From NCBI GenBank assembly GCA_963842945.1, contig CAWJIM010000021.1, forward strand, positions 192,001 to 256,000: 64,000 bases of DNA. Direction: 5' to 3'. This stretch comes from an uncultured Gemmatimonadales bacterium. GTDB lineage: Bacteria > Gemmatimonadota > Gemmatimonadetes > Gemmatimonadales > GWC2-71-9. The translations under genes and the position numbers were made by a program. Below, one piece after another: positions 54,257-64,000 of the stretch (position 1 is the stretch's first letter; each line of letters opens with the position of its first letter). A model generated the notes under the pieces. The model did no database searches and was not told where the DNA came from. It worked only from the letters and a program-made list of their open reading frames with translations.

Positions 54257-55554
54257 GACTGCTGGTTGTCGGTGGGGGAGGCCGGGAGCACGCCCTGTGC
54301 TGGGCGCTTCGCCGGGAAGAGCCCCGGGCCGAGCTGTACTGCGCGCCGGGAAACCCTGGAACCGCGGAGCTGGCCCACAATCTCGACATTGCGGCCGACG
54401 ATCTCGACCGACTGGCCGACGCAGCGGATATGTACGGGATCGACCTTACCGTGGTCGGGCCCGAGATCCCTCTGGCCGGGGGCCTGGCCGACCGGCTCCG
54501 AGCCGAGGGCCGCGCGGTGTTCGGCCCCAACGCCGCGGCGGCCCAGATAGAAGCCTCCAAAGCCTTCGCCAAGGATGTCATGGCGTCGGCGGGGGTCCGG
54601 ACGGCGGCCAGCCGGTCGTTCACCGATCTGAAGGCCGCCCTGGCGTTCGTAGATGCCCATCAGGAGCCTTTGGTGGTAAAAGCCTCGGGCCTGGCGGCGG
54701 GAAAAGGTGCAATTGTTTGCACCACCCGGACGGAGGCTGCCCAGGCTGTCCGTGCGATGCTGGAGCAGGGCGACTTTGGTGCTGCCGGCAACACCGTGGT
54801 GGTCGAAGCCTACCTGGAAGGCGAAGAGATCTCGGTCATGGCCATCACCAATGGCCGAGAGCTCGAGCTGTTGCCGGTCGCTCAGGATCACAAGCGTCTG
54901 CTGGAAGGAGATCGCGGCCCGAACACCGGTGGGATGGGCGCCTACAGTCCGGTGGCCATGGCCGGGCCGGCGCTGTTGGAGCGGGTGAAACGCGATGTTC
55001 TGTTGCCGACGTTGGAACAACTCCAGCGGATGCGGACTCCCTTTGCCGGCGTGCTCTACGCAGGACTGATGATCGATGGAGCCGGCATCCCCTGGGTGGT
55101 GGAGTTCAACTGCCGCCTGGGCGATCCGGAGGCCCAGGTGGTGCTGCCCCTGGTATCTCAGGGGCTGATCGATTGCCTCTCTCGGGTGGCACGGGGCGAG
55201 GCACCCACGCGGATCACTCCCAGCCGCGGCGCCGCCGTGACCACGGTTCTGGCATCGAGAGGCTACCCGGACACCACGGAAAAGGGCGCGCCGATCCAAC
55301 TGCCCGATGAGCTCCCCCAAGGGGTGACAATCTTCCAGGCTGGTACCAGCCGGGGCTCCGACGGGGTCCTCCGGGTCAATGGAGGGCGGGTTCTCACCGT
55401 CACCGGCGTGGCAGGCAGCTTCCCCCAAGCGCAACAGCTGAGCTGCCGCACCGCGGAGGCCGTCCAGTTCGAGGGAAAGACCTTCCGCCGGGACATAGGC
55501 TGGCGGGAAGCATCCCGGCAGCTGGCGCATTCGGCCCGAGGCTCATCCTCGTAG
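54253..55554 (+). CDS. purD: Phosphoribosylamine--glycine ligase
   Basis: GGGGREHAL, VVGPE, GLAAGKG, QDHKR, GPNTGGMGAY and EFNCRLGDPE motifs. Confidence 0.97.
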   Translation: MRLLVVGGGGREHALCWALRREEPRAELYCAPGNPGTAELAHNLDIAADDLDRLADAADMYGIDLTVVGPEIPLAGGLADRLRAEGRAVFGPNAAAAQIEASKAFAKDVMASAGVRTAASRSFTDLKAALAFVDAHQEPLVVKASGLAAGKGAIVCTTRTEAAQAVRAMLEQGDFGAAGNTVVVEAYLEGEEISVMAITNGRELELLPVAQDHKRLLEGDRGPNTGGMGAYSPVAMAGPALLERVKRDVLLPTLEQLQRMRTPFAGVLYAGLMIDGAGIPWVVEFNCRLGDPEAQVVLPLVSQGLIDCLSRVARGEAPTRITPSRGAAVTTVLASRGYPDTTEKGAPIQLPDELPQGVTIFQAGTSRGSDGVLRVNGGRVLTVTGVAGSFPQAQQLSCRTAEAVQFEGKTFRRDIGWREASRQLAHSARGSSS

Positions 55555-55570
55555 CGCCGCCCAAATCGGA

Positions 55571-56395
55571 ATGCCCGAGCTTCCCGAAGTCGAAACCATC
55601 GTTCGAGATCTTCAACCACTCGTGGTTGGGCGCCGTATCGTGCGCGCCAGCCTGAGTCACGATGATGTGCTCCGGGGCGTTACCCGCAGACAGCTGACCC
55701 GGCGCCTGGCCGGCAAGACCATTCGCGATGTTTCCCGCCGCGCAAAACACGCAGTGTTCGACCTGGGCTCGGAACGGCTGGTTATTCAGCCCGGCATGAC
55801 CGGCTCATTGACGGTGCACCGGAGACGCCTGACTTCGGCCGAGAGCCGCTATGCCGTGCTGCGGGCCGAGCTCAACCGGGGCGGCGAGCTGGTCTACACC
55901 GACGTCCGCCGACTGGGCACCATTCTCCTGCTGAATGAAAAGCAGTGGGAGCTCTACGATCGGGCGCTCGGCCCGGAGCCGCTGGATCCAACCTTCTCGG
56001 TCGAGCAGCTGGGGAGCGCACTTGGCCGGAGCCGCCAGGCCATAAAGAAAGTCCTGATGGACCAGCGCCATCTTGCGGGCGTGGGAAACATCTACGCCAA
56101 CGAAGCGCTGTTCGCGGCAGGAATCGATCCTTCCAAGCCGGCGAACCGGCTCGACACCACGGACCACCGGCGACTGCACGCCGAGCTTCGCCGGATCCTG
56201 AGCGCGGCCATTCGCTCCAACGGCACCACCTTTCGAGACTACCGCACGGGCACGGGTGAGCCGGGCAACTTTCAGCTCGAGCTTCTGGTGTACGGCCGGG
56301 AGGGCGAGCCCTGCCGCCGCTGCGGCACCCGGCTGACCGGAACTCATGCCATCGACGCCCGAATTTCGGTGTTCTGCCACCACTGCCAATCGTGA
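55571..56395 (+). CDS. mutM: Formamidopyrimidine-DNA glycosylase
   Basis: PELPEVE, LGPEPL and GVGNIYANE motifs; C-terminal zinc finger. Confidence 0.97.
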   Translation: MPELPEVETIVRDLQPLVVGRRIVRASLSHDDVLRGVTRRQLTRRLAGKTIRDVSRRAKHAVFDLGSERLVIQPGMTGSLTVHRRRLTSAESRYAVLRAELNRGGELVYTDVRRLGTILLLNEKQWELYDRALGPEPLDPTFSVEQLGSALGRSRQAIKKVLMDQRHLAGVGNIYANEALFAAGIDPSKPANRLDTTDHRRLHAELRRILSAAIRSNGTTFRDYRTGTGEPGNFQLELLVYGREGEPCRRCGTRLTGTHAIDARISVFCHHCQS

Positions 56396-57492
56396 GTCGC
56401 TCGAAACATCAGCGGCTGGTTCCCCTCCCCTCGACCGATCTCGGACAGTTGCTCTCGCGGGTGCGCTCGCTCGCGGAAAACCGGCCCGCCGTCTACCAGA
56501 TGGTGGACGCCACCGGCCGGGTGCTCTACGTGGGCAAAGCCAAGCGGCTGCGCACCCGGTTGCTCACCTATTTCCGGGCCTGTTACCCCGACGACAAGGC
56601 GGCCCGGATTCTCTACGCCGCACATGAGATTCGCTGGGACTATGTGCCCAGCGAGTTTGCCGCTTTTCTGGGCGAGCTGCGACAGATCCGGAAGATGCGT
56701 CCCTATTTCAATCACAAGGGAAACCGGACCCGCCGCTCGGTCTTGATCAAGATCGCGGGCGGCCCGGCGCCGCGGATCTACGGCGGTGGCAGCATAGCCC
56801 GCGAGGACGTCCGCTGCTATGGACCATTTCAATCCATGGCGAGGATGGCCGAAGCGGTGAGGACCCTCAACGATCTCCTGGGACTCCGCGATTGCTCCAG
56901 CTCGACGCCGGTGTTCTTTGCCGGCCAGGGCGACCTCTTCGAGCAGCCGCGTCAGGCGGCATGCATGCGGCACGAGCTGGGCTTCTGCACCGGTCCCTGT
57001 GCCGGTCTGGTCGAGGAACGAGAATACCAGCGGCGGGTGGATACCGCGGTGGCATTCCTGGAGGGTCGGACCATCCAGCCGATCGATCGGGTGATCTCGG
57101 CCATGCAACAGGCATCGGAGAACGCCCAGTTCGAAATTGCGGTTCGGTGGCGGGAAAAGTTCGAGCAGCTGGAGTGGCTGCTGGCGGCGACGAGCCGCGC
57201 CCGAAGCGCCATCGATCTGCTCACCTTCGTTTACCGGGACCCCGGCGATTTCGGGGACGACCGGGTCTATGTCCTGCGACGCGGAGTGGTGCGGGCCTCC
57301 TTCCCCTATCCCACGACGCCAATCGAGCATGAAGCCTTCCGCGCCGTAGTAGCGGAAGAAGCGCGACAGCCGGACCGCGCATCCGGTCCGCTGCCGCTGG
57401 ATGCGGTGGATGAGGTGCTGCTGATGATGGCGTGGTTCCGGGCTCACCCGGACGCGCTCCGGCGTACGAGTCCGTACGAGCAGTGGATGTGA
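56392..57492 (+). CDS. UvrC N-terminal-like GIY-YIG nuclease with UVR domain (Cho-like)
   Basis: PAVYQM...LYVGKAKRLRTRL, YGPF, a Cys cluster and the UVR motif MQQASENAQFEIA; no C-terminal RNase H or HhH domain. Confidence 0.8.
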   Translation: MSRSKHQRLVPLPSTDLGQLLSRVRSLAENRPAVYQMVDATGRVLYVGKAKRLRTRLLTYFRACYPDDKAARILYAAHEIRWDYVPSEFAAFLGELRQIRKMRPYFNHKGNRTRRSVLIKIAGGPAPRIYGGGSIAREDVRCYGPFQSMARMAEAVRTLNDLLGLRDCSSSTPVFFAGQGDLFEQPRQAACMRHELGFCTGPCAGLVEEREYQRRVDTAVAFLEGRTIQPIDRVISAMQQASENAQFEIAVRWREKFEQLEWLLAATSRARSAIDLLTFVYRDPGDFGDDRVYVLRRGVVRASFPYPTTPIEHEAFRAVVAEEARQPDRASGPLPLDAVDEVLLMMAWFRAHPDALRRTSPYEQWM

Positions 57493-57525
57493 TCACGGCG
57501 GCGGTCAGCCGCTGAACTTGACTGG

Positions 57526-58014
57526 TTATTCGGCTGAGTCGGTCAGCGGTACAATCCGGCCCCGGGGCGGAATTCCCGGTTCCAATTCCAGAATGCCGAC
57601 CGAGGGTGCCAGCTTGAACCTCCTGGGTCCGGCGCTTCCAGGGTTCATCACCGTGACGACCACGTCGACCACGGTGAGCAGCGGACGATGGGTATGGCCA
57701 TAGACGATGATCTGCGCATCAGGAAAGGCGGCGTTGAGTTTTTCCGGTGTGGGCGATCCCAGCTGATCACCATGAGTAACCACGATGTCGAATCCGTCCA
57801 GCTCTATCGTGGCGACCTCGGGCAGGCAACTGCGGACGTCGAATCCATCGGTATTCCCGAACACGGCGGTGACCGGTCCCAGGGTCTGAAGCTCAGTGAG
57901 GAGATCGAGGGATCCCAGATCTCCCGCATGAAGGATGTGATCCACCTCGGCAAAGGCATCGAAGACCTGGGGCCGGAGCAGGCCATGGGTATCTGCGATC
58001 ACGCCCAGCCGCAT
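57526..58014 (-). CDS. YfcE-like metallophosphoesterase
   Basis: IADTHG, HAGD, GNTD, THG, GHTH and NPGS motifs. Confidence 0.92.
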   Translation of the reverse strand: MRLGVIADTHGLLRPQVFDAFAEVDHILHAGDLGSLDLLTELQTLGPVTAVFGNTDGFDVRSCLPEVATIELDGFDIVVTHGDQLGSPTPEKLNAAFPDAQIIVYGHTHRPLLTVVDVVVTVMNPGSAGPRRFKLAPSVGILELEPGIPPRGRIVPLTDSAE

Positions 58015-59241
58015 CAGCGAGCGAGCGTGCGCAGCGCCACGGGGCGCGGGCCAATGCTCTCCCACAACCGGGAGAATGCGCCCAGAAGCTCCTGCGCCTC
58101 GAAGGTACAGTGGCCGAAGCGATCGACATCGATCTGAGTGAACTTCGTGTCGCGCCGGCGAGACCCACCTTTTGCCCGTAGAGTGCCGACTGGCGGAAGG
58201 GCACAATGGGGTCGCCGGAGGTATGCAGGTTCACCAGCGGGACGGTCAGCGACCCCGTGGTGGCAAAGCGGGCGAGACCGGATGGGCGGAGGGGTCGGCC
58301 TGATATCGCTCAACCCCGCATTCAAGGCGATGCGTCGTCCGAAGAACCGGCATACACCCGCGCGTGTTGTCGTAGGGTTGACCCCCAAGCCGCTGCTGGG
58401 CATCGGCGGTGCCGAACACGTTGTACCAGAGAAGCCCCACCACCGTTTCGGCAGTGGAGCGAATATCGATCCCGGCGACTGGGGCCTGGCTGACGTTGAG
58501 GAGCTGCCGGGTTGCATCGGGCCTGGCCGCCAGGGCCACAACGATTGCCGGCATATAGAAGCTGTTCCCAGCCGTCGCGCAGCGTGTCGGGAATGTTCAG
58601 CGCATCGCCCGGAAGAAGACCGGGGAAGAAGTAGTCGAACACGACCCGGAAATCGGCGATGTAGTCCAGCTGCGCCAGGAAGTCGCCGATAGGACCGCAC
58701 CCCGCCAGCGCGCCGTCAAACCGGTCGGGATGACGTTCCACAGCTCAGGGTAGCGACCAGCCCGCCTTCGGAGAATCCCACCACCACCGCCTCGATGGGA
58801 TCGGGCCGATAGCGTGCATCCATCGTGTCAACCAGCTCCAGCAAATCGTCCACGCGCGTCGGGCGCGATCAGGCCGTTGGCTCGGTAGCTGGTGGTGGCG
58901 TAGGCATAACCCAGCCCAGTCACCAGCGACGGAGCGGCTGGCCTCCTACCGACTCCTCCGGCATCGCGAGGTCGTTCTGGGGCGCGACGTAGCCGTGGGC
59001 GAACAGCACCAGGTCGCCGTTCCACTCGTGCGGAAAACAGATCCGGTACAGGCCGCCGTGCGCTAGCGACGCCGTCGGTGCATCCGGCCACGGCGCGATG
59101 CCCTGTCGACCGGGGTCCCGGTGGAGGTGGGGTGGGCCGGAGTTGTCCTCGATCGGAGCCGCCACAGGCGGCCATCCACGACGTCAAAATGAGAACGGCG
59201 CCTGAGAGCAGGCGCCGGGAGTTGTCCGGGTTCCTCTTCAC
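58014..59241 (-). CDS. Alpha/beta-hydrolase lipoprotein, multiply frameshifted
   Basis: Lipobox MAAC; fragments WNGDLVLFAHGY, ATTSYRANGL, VVGFSEGG, DGALAGCGP, LHTSGDPIVP and FGHCTF fall in different frames. Confidence 0.65.
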
Positions 59242-59833
59242 CTTGCTGTACCTCCCCATCGTGGCGCGATCTCCAGATCGAGCCCAACCTGATCGATAAT
59301 GCGCTGCACCACGAAATCTACCAGCTGGCTGACCTCGGTGGGCCGATGATAGAAACCGGGGGAAGCCGGCAGGACCACGGCCCCGCCTCGGCGACCATCA
59401 GCATGTTCCGCAGATGTACCACCGAGAGCGGCGCCTCCCGGGTGACCAGAACCAGTTTGCGCCGCTCCTTGAGAGTCACGTCCGCGGCCCGCTCGACCAG
59501 AGAGCGGCTGGTCCCGGCGGCTACGGCGGCTAGCGTGCCCATGGAACAGGGGCAGATGACCATGCCGGCGGTGCGCCTCGAGCCGGAGGCCGGGAGCGCT
59601 CCGCGATCACCGTCAGGATAGCTGACCACGGAGGACCAGTCGCCTCCCGTCGCCTGACGCAAGGCATCCAGTGACCCGATCGCACATTCCTCCTGCAACA
59701 GCCTCATCCCATGCTCCGACGTGATCAGCCAGACGGGAATCCGGTTGCGAGCCAGGATCTCCAGCAGGCGCACCCCATACGGAGCGCCGGAGGCTCCGGT
59801 CAGTGCCAGCACCAGGGGCAGCGGAGTAGTCAC
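59238..59833 (-). CDS. ubiX: Flavin prenyltransferase, frameshift near 59385
   Basis: ALTGASGAPYG, ASGS, PCSMGTL, RAADVTLKERR and PASPGFYHRP motifs. Confidence 0.92.
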
Positions 59834-60758
59834 GTGATCCGGTCGATGAGAGCAAACCCAAACACCACCAGCGACATCACACCATTCATCGAGAAGAATG
59901 CCGCATCCAGGCGGGACAGGTCGCCCGGCCGCACCAGGTGATGCTCGTACGCCAGGATCCCCGTAGCCACGATCACGCCGGCGAAGTACCACGGCGCCAA
60001 ACCCAGCTCCGTAGCCGAACAGCGCCAGGGCCGGGATAGTGATGCCGTGGAGCAGTTTTGCCAGCAGAATTGCCCGCGACTCGCCCAGGCGCACCACCGC
60101 GCTTCTGAGCCCCTCCGCGGCATCGAACCCCGCGTCCGGCAGCGCGTAGAACATGTCGAACCCGGCCACCCACGTGGCCACGGCCAGGGTAATGGCCAGC
60201 AGGAGCCAGATCGGATGGCTCCACTGCCCGGTCACCGCGAGGTATCCGCCCACCGGCGCAATCGCCAGGCTGACTCCGAGCCAGAGGTGAGGCCACCAGG
60301 TGAATCGTTTGGACAGGCTGTAGAGCAGAATCCAGGCGAGAGCCAGGGGACTCAGCAGCAGACAGAGCCGATTGAGCAGGGCGGCGGCGAGGAAAAAGAG
60401 CAGCGACGCCGCAATCACCGAGCCCCAGGCCTGTCCCAGCGAGAGAGCTCCCCGGGGCAGCTCCCGGTTGGCCGTCCTTGGATTCCGCGCATCGAACCCG
60501 CGGTCAGCGATGCGGTTGAAGCCCATCGCCGCCCAGCGGGCCGCGGAGAAGGCCAGCACAACCAGGACAACGGTCCGCCCGGTGACCGGCGCTACCCGGG
60601 ACGCCGCGAGCACGCCCAGCAGCGCAAACGGAAGCGCGAAGACCGTGTGTGGGAGCTTGACGAAGTTGACATACCGGGTGAGCAGCGATTCGCCGCGGAA
60701 GGTTTGGCCTTCGCGGGCGGGCGGACAGGCGGTCAGGCGGTCGGCGGTCGAGACTCAC
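59830..60758 (-). CDS. ubiA: UbiA-family polyprenyltransferase (MqnP-like), frameshifted
   Basis: VKLPHTVFALPF, AMGFNRIADRGFDARNPRT, YSLSKRFT and WVAGFD motifs. Confidence 0.85.
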
Positions 60759-60818
60759 TCGGTGATCCGGGTGACCGTCACCGTCTCGCCGTCTGACCGT
60801 TCCGACCACCGTTCCGCC
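60717..60818. repeat. Inverted octamer-like arrays straddling the ubiD/ubiA junction
   Basis: GCGGGCGG ACAGGCGG TCAGGCGG TCGGCGG, then GACCGTCA/GCCGTCT/GACCGTTC units. Confidence 0.6.
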
Positions 60819-62294
60819 AGATCTATTCCCAGCTTCTCCCACATCTCGTCCACCCGCCGTTTGGTTTCAGGGTCCATCGTGATCAGCTCAGGCCACTCGC
60901 GCTCGAATCCCTCTTCCTTCCACTTTCTCGTGGCATCGATCCCCATCTTGCTGCCGTAGGTGAAGGCTCGGCTGGAGTGGTCGAGCACGTCGATGGGTCC
61001 CATGGTGAACCGGACATCCCGTTCCGGATCGATGTTGTTGAGCGCGATCCACCAGGCCTCGTCGGGGTTCTGGACGTTCACCTCCTTGTCCACGACCACC
61101 AGGACCTTGGCCAGCGACATCAGCCCCTGGCCCCACAAGGCGTTCATCACCTTGTAGGCCTGACCGGGATATTGCTTGTCGATCGAGACGAACACCAGGT
61201 TGTGAAAAATTCCGGCAGCAGGCATGTGGTAGTCCACGATCTCCGGGATCGTGAGCTTGAGCAGGGGCAGGAAGATTCGCTCGGTGGCGTGACCCAGGTA
61301 GTAATCCTCCATCGGAGGACGACCCACCAGGGTTGCCGGGTAGATCGGGATCTCGCCGCGAGGTGACCGCCGTGACGTGCACCTGCGGGTAATAGTCGGC
61401 GAGGGAGTAAAACCCGGTGTGGTCGCCAAAGGGGCCCTCGAGCACCAGCGGCTCGGCCGGATCGATGTACCCTTCGAGCACCAGCTCCGCTTCGGCCGGC
61501 ACGGCCAGATCCGACGTCAGCGCCCGCGCCAGCTCGACCGGCTGGCGGCGGATGAAGCCGGCAAAGAGAAATTCGTCGATAGTGGGCGGCAGCGGCGCGG
61601 AGCCGGAGTAGATGCTGGCCGGGTCGCCGCCGAGGGCAATCACCACGGGCATCCGCTCTCCCCGCGCCGCCATCTCTCGCCAGTGGCCGGCGCCCACCTT
61701 GTGACGTTGCCAGTGCATGGCGAGCGTGTTCCGTCCCAGGACCTGAACCCGGTACATGCCGACGTTGCGAATGCCGCGGGCGGGATCGGTGGTGATCACC
61801 ATAGGAAGGGTGATGTATCGTCCGCCGTCCCCGGGCCAGGTGGTGAGAAACGGAATGCTGCTCAGATCGACCTCCTGATCCCGCTGCACCACCTCCTGAC
61901 ACGGCGCTCGCCCACCTTTTTGCCGAGGCGGGAACTTGCCGATCTCGGCCAATTTCGGCAGCATCGCCAGCTTGCCGAATAGCCCCTCGGGCACCTTCAG
62001 GTTCAACATCTCCGAGATCCGCTCCCCGATCTCGTTGAGATCAGTGACCCCGAGTGCCAGGTTCATCCGGCGGACCGACCCGAAGAGGTTGATCGCGACC
62101 GGCTGTGCGCTGCGCTGACCGTCGTCGAGCAGCACATGCTCGAAGAGCAGAGCGGGGCCTCCACCCGGGCTCTTCATCACCCGGTCGGCAATCTCGGCGA
62201 TCTCCAGGCGGGCCCGCACCGGATGGGTGATCCGGGCCAGCTCACCGATGCCGGCGATGGCCTTGATGAACTCCCGGAGGTTGTCTAATGCCAT
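60755..62294 (-). CDS. ubiD: UbiD-family (menaquinone biosynthesis) decarboxylase, frameshift near 61350
   Basis: GGPALLFE, RNVGMYR, EGPFGDHTGFY, GRPPMED and GSKMGIDAT motifs. Confidence 0.92.
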
Positions 62295-62305
62295 AGTGCA
62301 AAGGC

Positions 62306-62404
62306 GTGAACGGTTAACGGTAAACCGTAAACTAGGCGTGCCGAGACCGGGCCGAATCCCCTGACTGTGCGGCACCCGTTCAGCGTTCACTTTTTACCGT
62401 TTAC
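62306..62404. repeat. Inverted heptamer tandem arrays
   Basis: GTGAACG GTTAACG GTAAACC GTAAACT (62306-62333) versus CGTTCAG CGTTCAC TTTTTAC CGTTTAC (62377-62404). Confidence 0.75.
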
Positions 62405-63130
62405 GCTTTTAGTGGCAACGTACAAGGCGCATACCCCACCCATCAGCAGCTCGTAGTCGACCTCCATGAACCCCTGGATTTTCATCCGGCGGGCAAGCTC
62501 GGCCGGAGGCGGAAAGACCCGGGTCGACTCTGGAAGCCAGCTATAGGCGGTCGTATGTTTTGAAATCACCCGACCAATCAGGGGCAAGACCCGGCGAAAG
62601 TAGAATTCAAAGACCGGCCGGAACAGCGGCTGAGTCGGCGTCGCCATTTCCAGCACAACCAGCCGGGCCCCGGGTTTGAGTACGCGCGCTGCTTCGGCCA
62701 GTCCGCTCTCGATATCCACCAAGTTGCGGAGCCCCCAGCCGACCATGGCACCATCGAAGGTGTCGTCGGGAAAGGGGAGGTCGAGAGCGTCGGTGGTGAC
62801 GGGTACCAGCCGGGGCGCCTTCTTTCGGCCCAGCCGGAGCATTTGCGCTACGAAATCAGCGCCGACAATGCTGCCCCGGAATCCGGGCGCGCGGGCCAGG
62901 GTGGCGCCAAAGTCCAGCGTGCCGGCGCAGAGGTCGAGATAGATTCCTTCCGGAGCCCGCTTCCATCCCAACCGCTTTATTGCACGGCGGCGCCAGCCCT
63001 GATCGAAATGAAAGCTGATGATCCGGTTGAGCCGATCGTAGGTGGGAGCGATGGCGGTGAACATCGTGCGGACATACGCCCGCTTTTCCGGACCGCCTGA
63101 AACGGGTAACTGACGATCCGAGGCTAACAT
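62387..63130 (-). CDS. menG: Demethylmenaquinone methyltransferase (UbiE/MenG)
   Basis: MFTAIAPTYDRLN, LDLCAGT, LPFPDDTFD, GLRNL, RVLKPG and YSWLPES motifs. Confidence 0.9.
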   Translation of the reverse strand: MLASDRQLPVSGGPEKRAYVRTMFTAIAPTYDRLNRIISFHFDQGWRRRAIKRLGWKRAPEGIYLDLCAGTLDFGATLARAPGFRGSIVGADFVAQMLRLGRKKAPRLVPVTTDALDLPFPDDTFDGAMVGWGLRNLVDIESGLAEAARVLKPGARLVVLEMATPTQPLFRPVFEFYFRRVLPLIGRVISKHTTAYSWLPESTRVFPPPAELARRMKIQGFMEVDYELLMGGVCALYVATKSVNGKK

Positions 63131-63173
63131 AGGCGCTGAATGTAGTCTTCGGGCAAGCCCCTTCGCAAGCGGA

Positions 63174-63789
63174 ATGCACGAGTGGCCGGTCCTCGAACTG
63201 AGTGGGGCCGGCCTCACCGACCAGGAGGTGGTGCTCCGGGCTCGCTCGGGCCAGGAGGCGGCGTACCGCGAGCTGATCCGCCGCTACGAGCGCCCCATCT
63301 TTGCCCTCTTGTTCCGGATGGTCCGGGACCGGGAGCTGGCGGAGGACCTGTCGCAGGAGACCTTCGTCAAGGCGCTCAACGCCATCGACTCCTACCGGCC
63401 CGAATTCAAGTTTTCTTCCTGGATCTTCAAGATCGCCAATAACGCGGCAATCGATCACCTCCGCCGGCGTGAGTTGGATACGCTCTCGCTGGATGGTTCG
63501 CCTCACGCCGAGACCCCAGAGGCCATGCAGGCTACCGCGCTTGCAGATCGGGGCCCGGCAGGAGACTCCGCTCGACACGGTAGAAGCCAAAGAGCTGGGG
63601 ACGGCCATCGAGGCGGCCATCGGATCACTCCGGCCCGAGTACCGCTCCTGTATTCTGCTGCGCCACGTCGAGGGGCGGCCTTACGAGGAGATCGCCGAGA
63701 TCCTGAACCTGCCGCTCGGCACCGTCAAGACGTACATCCACCGGGCTCGCAACGAGCTGCGGCTCTCGCTCGCACATCTCAAAGAATGA
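63174..63789 (+). CDS. ECF RNA polymerase sigma factor (SigW-like), frameshift near 63540
   Basis: AEDLSQETFVKA, FSSWIFKIANN and YEEIAEILNLPLGTVKTYIHRAR motifs. Confidence 0.92.
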
Positions 63790-63813
63790 AACCTTCAATT
63801 CCCCCTCAACGTA
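63787..63813 (+). promoter_or_regulatory. ECF (SigW-type) promoter in front of the anti-sigma gene
   Basis: TGAAAC-N17-CGTA, followed by a GGAGG RBS. Confidence 0.6.
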
Positions 63814-63826
63814 GGAGGGTCCACTT

Positions 63827-64000
63827 ATGACCCGCTCTCCCGGATCGCATCTCTCCGCCGACGAGGTCGACGCCTGCCTGATCGGAGTGCCCGACTCCCG
63901 AAATCCAGCGGCACCTGGATCAGTGCTCCCAGTGCTTCGAACAGCTCAAGATCGATCGGGAGATCGCCGAGCAGGTGGCGGCCCTGCCGCTGATCAGTCC
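63827..64000 (+). CDS. Putative zinc-binding anti-sigma factor (3'-truncated, frameshifted)
   Basis: MTRSPGSHLSADEVDA..., then RHLDQCSQC (HxxxCxxC) in a shifted frame; directly follows the ECF sigma. Confidence 0.75.
   Translation, partial: MTRSPGSHLSADEVDACLIGVPDSRNPAAPGSVLPVLRTAQDRSGDRRAGGGPAADQS

Noticed and set aside
59318..60613. Apparent UbiA-UbiX fusion
   Set aside because: Created by a frameshift near 59998. The real UbiA C-terminus is in ORF 59830..60123 with a GTGA overlap to ubiX.

Overview
GC-rich bacterial chromosomal window. Gene content and style suggest a Gemmatimonadota genome; this is inference, not a lookup. It is almost entirely core or housekeeping genes: pstB-pstB-phoU, deoC with a two-domain aldehyde dehydrogenase, dnaK, degP, tRNA-Leu(TAG), tig-clpP-clpX-engB, trpE, maf-dtd, glmM-glmS, a cystathionine lyase-M48-purD-mutM-UvrC-like run, menG-ubiD-ubiA-ubiX, an ECF sigma/anti-sigma pair and several signalling proteins. 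Many genes carry single-base frameshifts that look like long-read errors. No integrase, transposase, prophage or CRISPR array was seen. The most notable signals are regulatory. (1) A self-contained module at about 20.1-23.5 kb: a sigma70 promoter, a 30-aa leader peptide and an attenuator control a NifA-like sigma54 activator. That activator faces a convergent 3-gene operon (secreted protein, HAD phosphatase, small membrane protein) with a near-consensus sigma54 promoter and paired palindromic enhancer sites. (2) Several other sigma54 promoters, one of them with no downstream gene (possible sRNA). (3) A recurring family of inverted 7/8-mer tandem-repeat elements, some lying in frame inside proteins. 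(4) Apparently frequent leaderless genes.
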